A stretch of 64,000 nt of DNA, from assembly GCA_964106645.2 (NCBI GenBank), contig OZ067046.1; one strand, written 5' to 3'. Under the pieces are notes generated by a model. The model saw only the letters and a program-made list of their open reading frames with translations, did no database searches and had not been told where the DNA came from. A program made the translations under genes and the position numbers. Every line of letters starts with the position of its first letter. Within the stretch, counting starts at the first letter, position 1. Source of the stretch: Podarcis pityusensis (taxonomy: Eukaryota). This document shows, piece by piece, positions 62,515 through 64,000 of the stretch.

Positions 62515-64000
62515 GAGCGCGGAACCCGCTACAGGCGAGGGTTTTTTCCGGTGGGAAAGCCCTGGCTTTTTTAGCCGAAAAAGGAGGTTTTTAGGGCGCA
62601 AAAACCTCTGGTTGTACCTCTGGAGGGTGTCTAGGGGTTCAGGTTCCCGGCGGTGCCTAAAAAGCTGCCCGTCCGGCCGCCAGGTAGCCTCCGTAAAAAG
62701 AGGTGAAGAGTGCGGCGGAACGAGCAGCAGGCGATCGGGCGGCCATAGCAGCGGCTAATAAGCGAAGCCCCGAGCCTGTGGGAGATAGCGCTCCGCTCTC
62801 AAAATAAAGAAATTCGGATGCAGAACATCTAAAATTGCTGGAATTGACGAGCAGTAAGAGCAAGGAAGTCTCCGAATTAAAAAGAAAAGAGCTCGAGTTC
62901 AGCGGACGTCTGGCTTCATTTAAAGACACAGGTTGTATGCAGAGCCTAAAATGAAAGTAAGTTGCCGCTAGCGGCTACTATTATCGTCTCCCCTGTAACA
63001 ATTTAACTTTCTCCAGAAGAAAGAAGAGAAGGGAGGACTTTAAAAAGGGGAGCAGAAAATTTTTGCGAATGAAGTGTGATCTCAGCGTCAGTGAAGCAGT
63101 GGAAAGACAAAGAGGACTATTCTATTACATCTCTGTGACTCTGTGAGTGCATTTCCACGCTAAGAAAACTTCTGACGCCATATTGGGCTAAGAAGGACTC
63201 CTGATGTTATAATAAGTGACTTTATAAGATATTCGGTTTTACCTTTTTTTTTCTTGAAGAAGGTGGTTTTTGGTGGTTTGTTTAACATCTTTTACATCTG
63301 TTCTCTATCTTTGTTAGGAACTTTAAATTAGTGAAAATTGGACTTTAAAGAGAACTGTTGGAGTAGGGAAGCCATTTAAGAACTACTCTAAAATTTGGTA
63401 AGGTTGGACTCCCTCTAGTGGTTCAAATTAAGCATTATTATTTAAAGTAAGAAACCTCCGTAGAGGTAATCTAAGACTGTGAAAGAAAGAAAAATCGTCT
63501 TTAAGAAATCTCTTCAACTCCTAACGAAAAATCCTCCAGGAATTATTTACTATAGAAACCCATTTCTAAGGGACAAATTTGCTTCTAAGGGATAAACAAA
63601 ATAAATATAGATAATTACAGATAGTTTGGAATTTGGAATGTGGAACTTGAACATATTGGAAATTACAATTTGACTTTATATTCACTATCTTTGTCTTCTG
63701 GAGTTTGGACTTTATATTCTCTACATTTGTCCTCTGGAGTACTTTTGGACTACCAGTTTAAAGATAATTGTTTTTGGAGCTCTTATAGACCCTCAAATCA
63801 GAGACAGTTTAATAAATGTTCTGACTGGATTAGCCCGAATGGGGGCAAGAAGAATACAGATTAACAACTAAGCTTCTTCAACCTGTGGAGGACGAGACAA
63901 AATCTAAATATATGATTTTGAAGGCGAACTGTTAAAAAATCTGTAAATCATAACCCTTCTTTCTTTTAAGTTAGTATTGTCAGTTTTTGATGGACATTTC
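62505..64000 (+). mobile_element. Probable L1 5'UTR (CpG-rich internal promoter), inverted relative to ORF2, continuing beyond the window
   Basis: At ~62510 there is an abrupt switch from AT-rich EN coding sequence to a CpG-dense ~450-bp segment with a TTTTCCGGTGG subrepeat. AT-rich non-coding sequence follows, with a ~37-bp tandem duplication at ~63670-63750. Identity as an L1 5'UTR is inferred. Confidence 0.6.

Noticed and set aside
62657-62929. 90-aa ORF antisense to the putative L1 5'UTR (possible ORF0 analogue)
   Set aside because: It starts at GTG, the only ATG gives under 30 aa, and open frames are expected in GC-rich sequence.
1-64000. Inferring host-gene strand from TE orientation bias
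   Set aside because: L1 and RTE copies are on the minus strand but all LTR-like elements are on the plus strand, so the signals conflict and the numbers are small.

Overview
This is eukaryotic genomic DNA from a squamate reptile. The Sauria SINE subtype and repeat mix point to a lacertid lizard (inference). I found no host protein-coding gene, rRNA or tRNA gene, or CRISPR array, so the window reads as a large intron or gene desert. Almost all ORFs in the track are chance or TE-derived. Real coding sequence is limited to two L1 ORF2s on the minus strand and a 57-aa RTE ORF2 C-terminus (53.6 kb). One L1 ORF2 is near-intact (58.9-62.5 kb); the other is 5'-truncated with a 15-bp TSD (46.6-49.1 kb). 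The rest is Sauria and other SINEs, CR1/L2/RTE fragments, many MITEs (Tc1/mariner-pogo, hAT, PIF/Harbinger, several nested), one solo LTR with a TSD, four TSD-less LTR-like elements, microsatellites and TE-free AT-rich blocks that may be enhancers. The most interesting observations are: (1) the large L1 has a twin-priming-like 5' inversion with junction microhomology; (2) a degenerate HDV-like ribozyme fold lies at the 5' end of an RTE-derived element; (3) a TIR-less inverted copy of a nearby MITE interior is flanked by a 10-bp duplication; (4) a family of LTR-like elements lacks TSDs. I found no convincing wholly new biological system. Family names come from motif recognition, not database searches.
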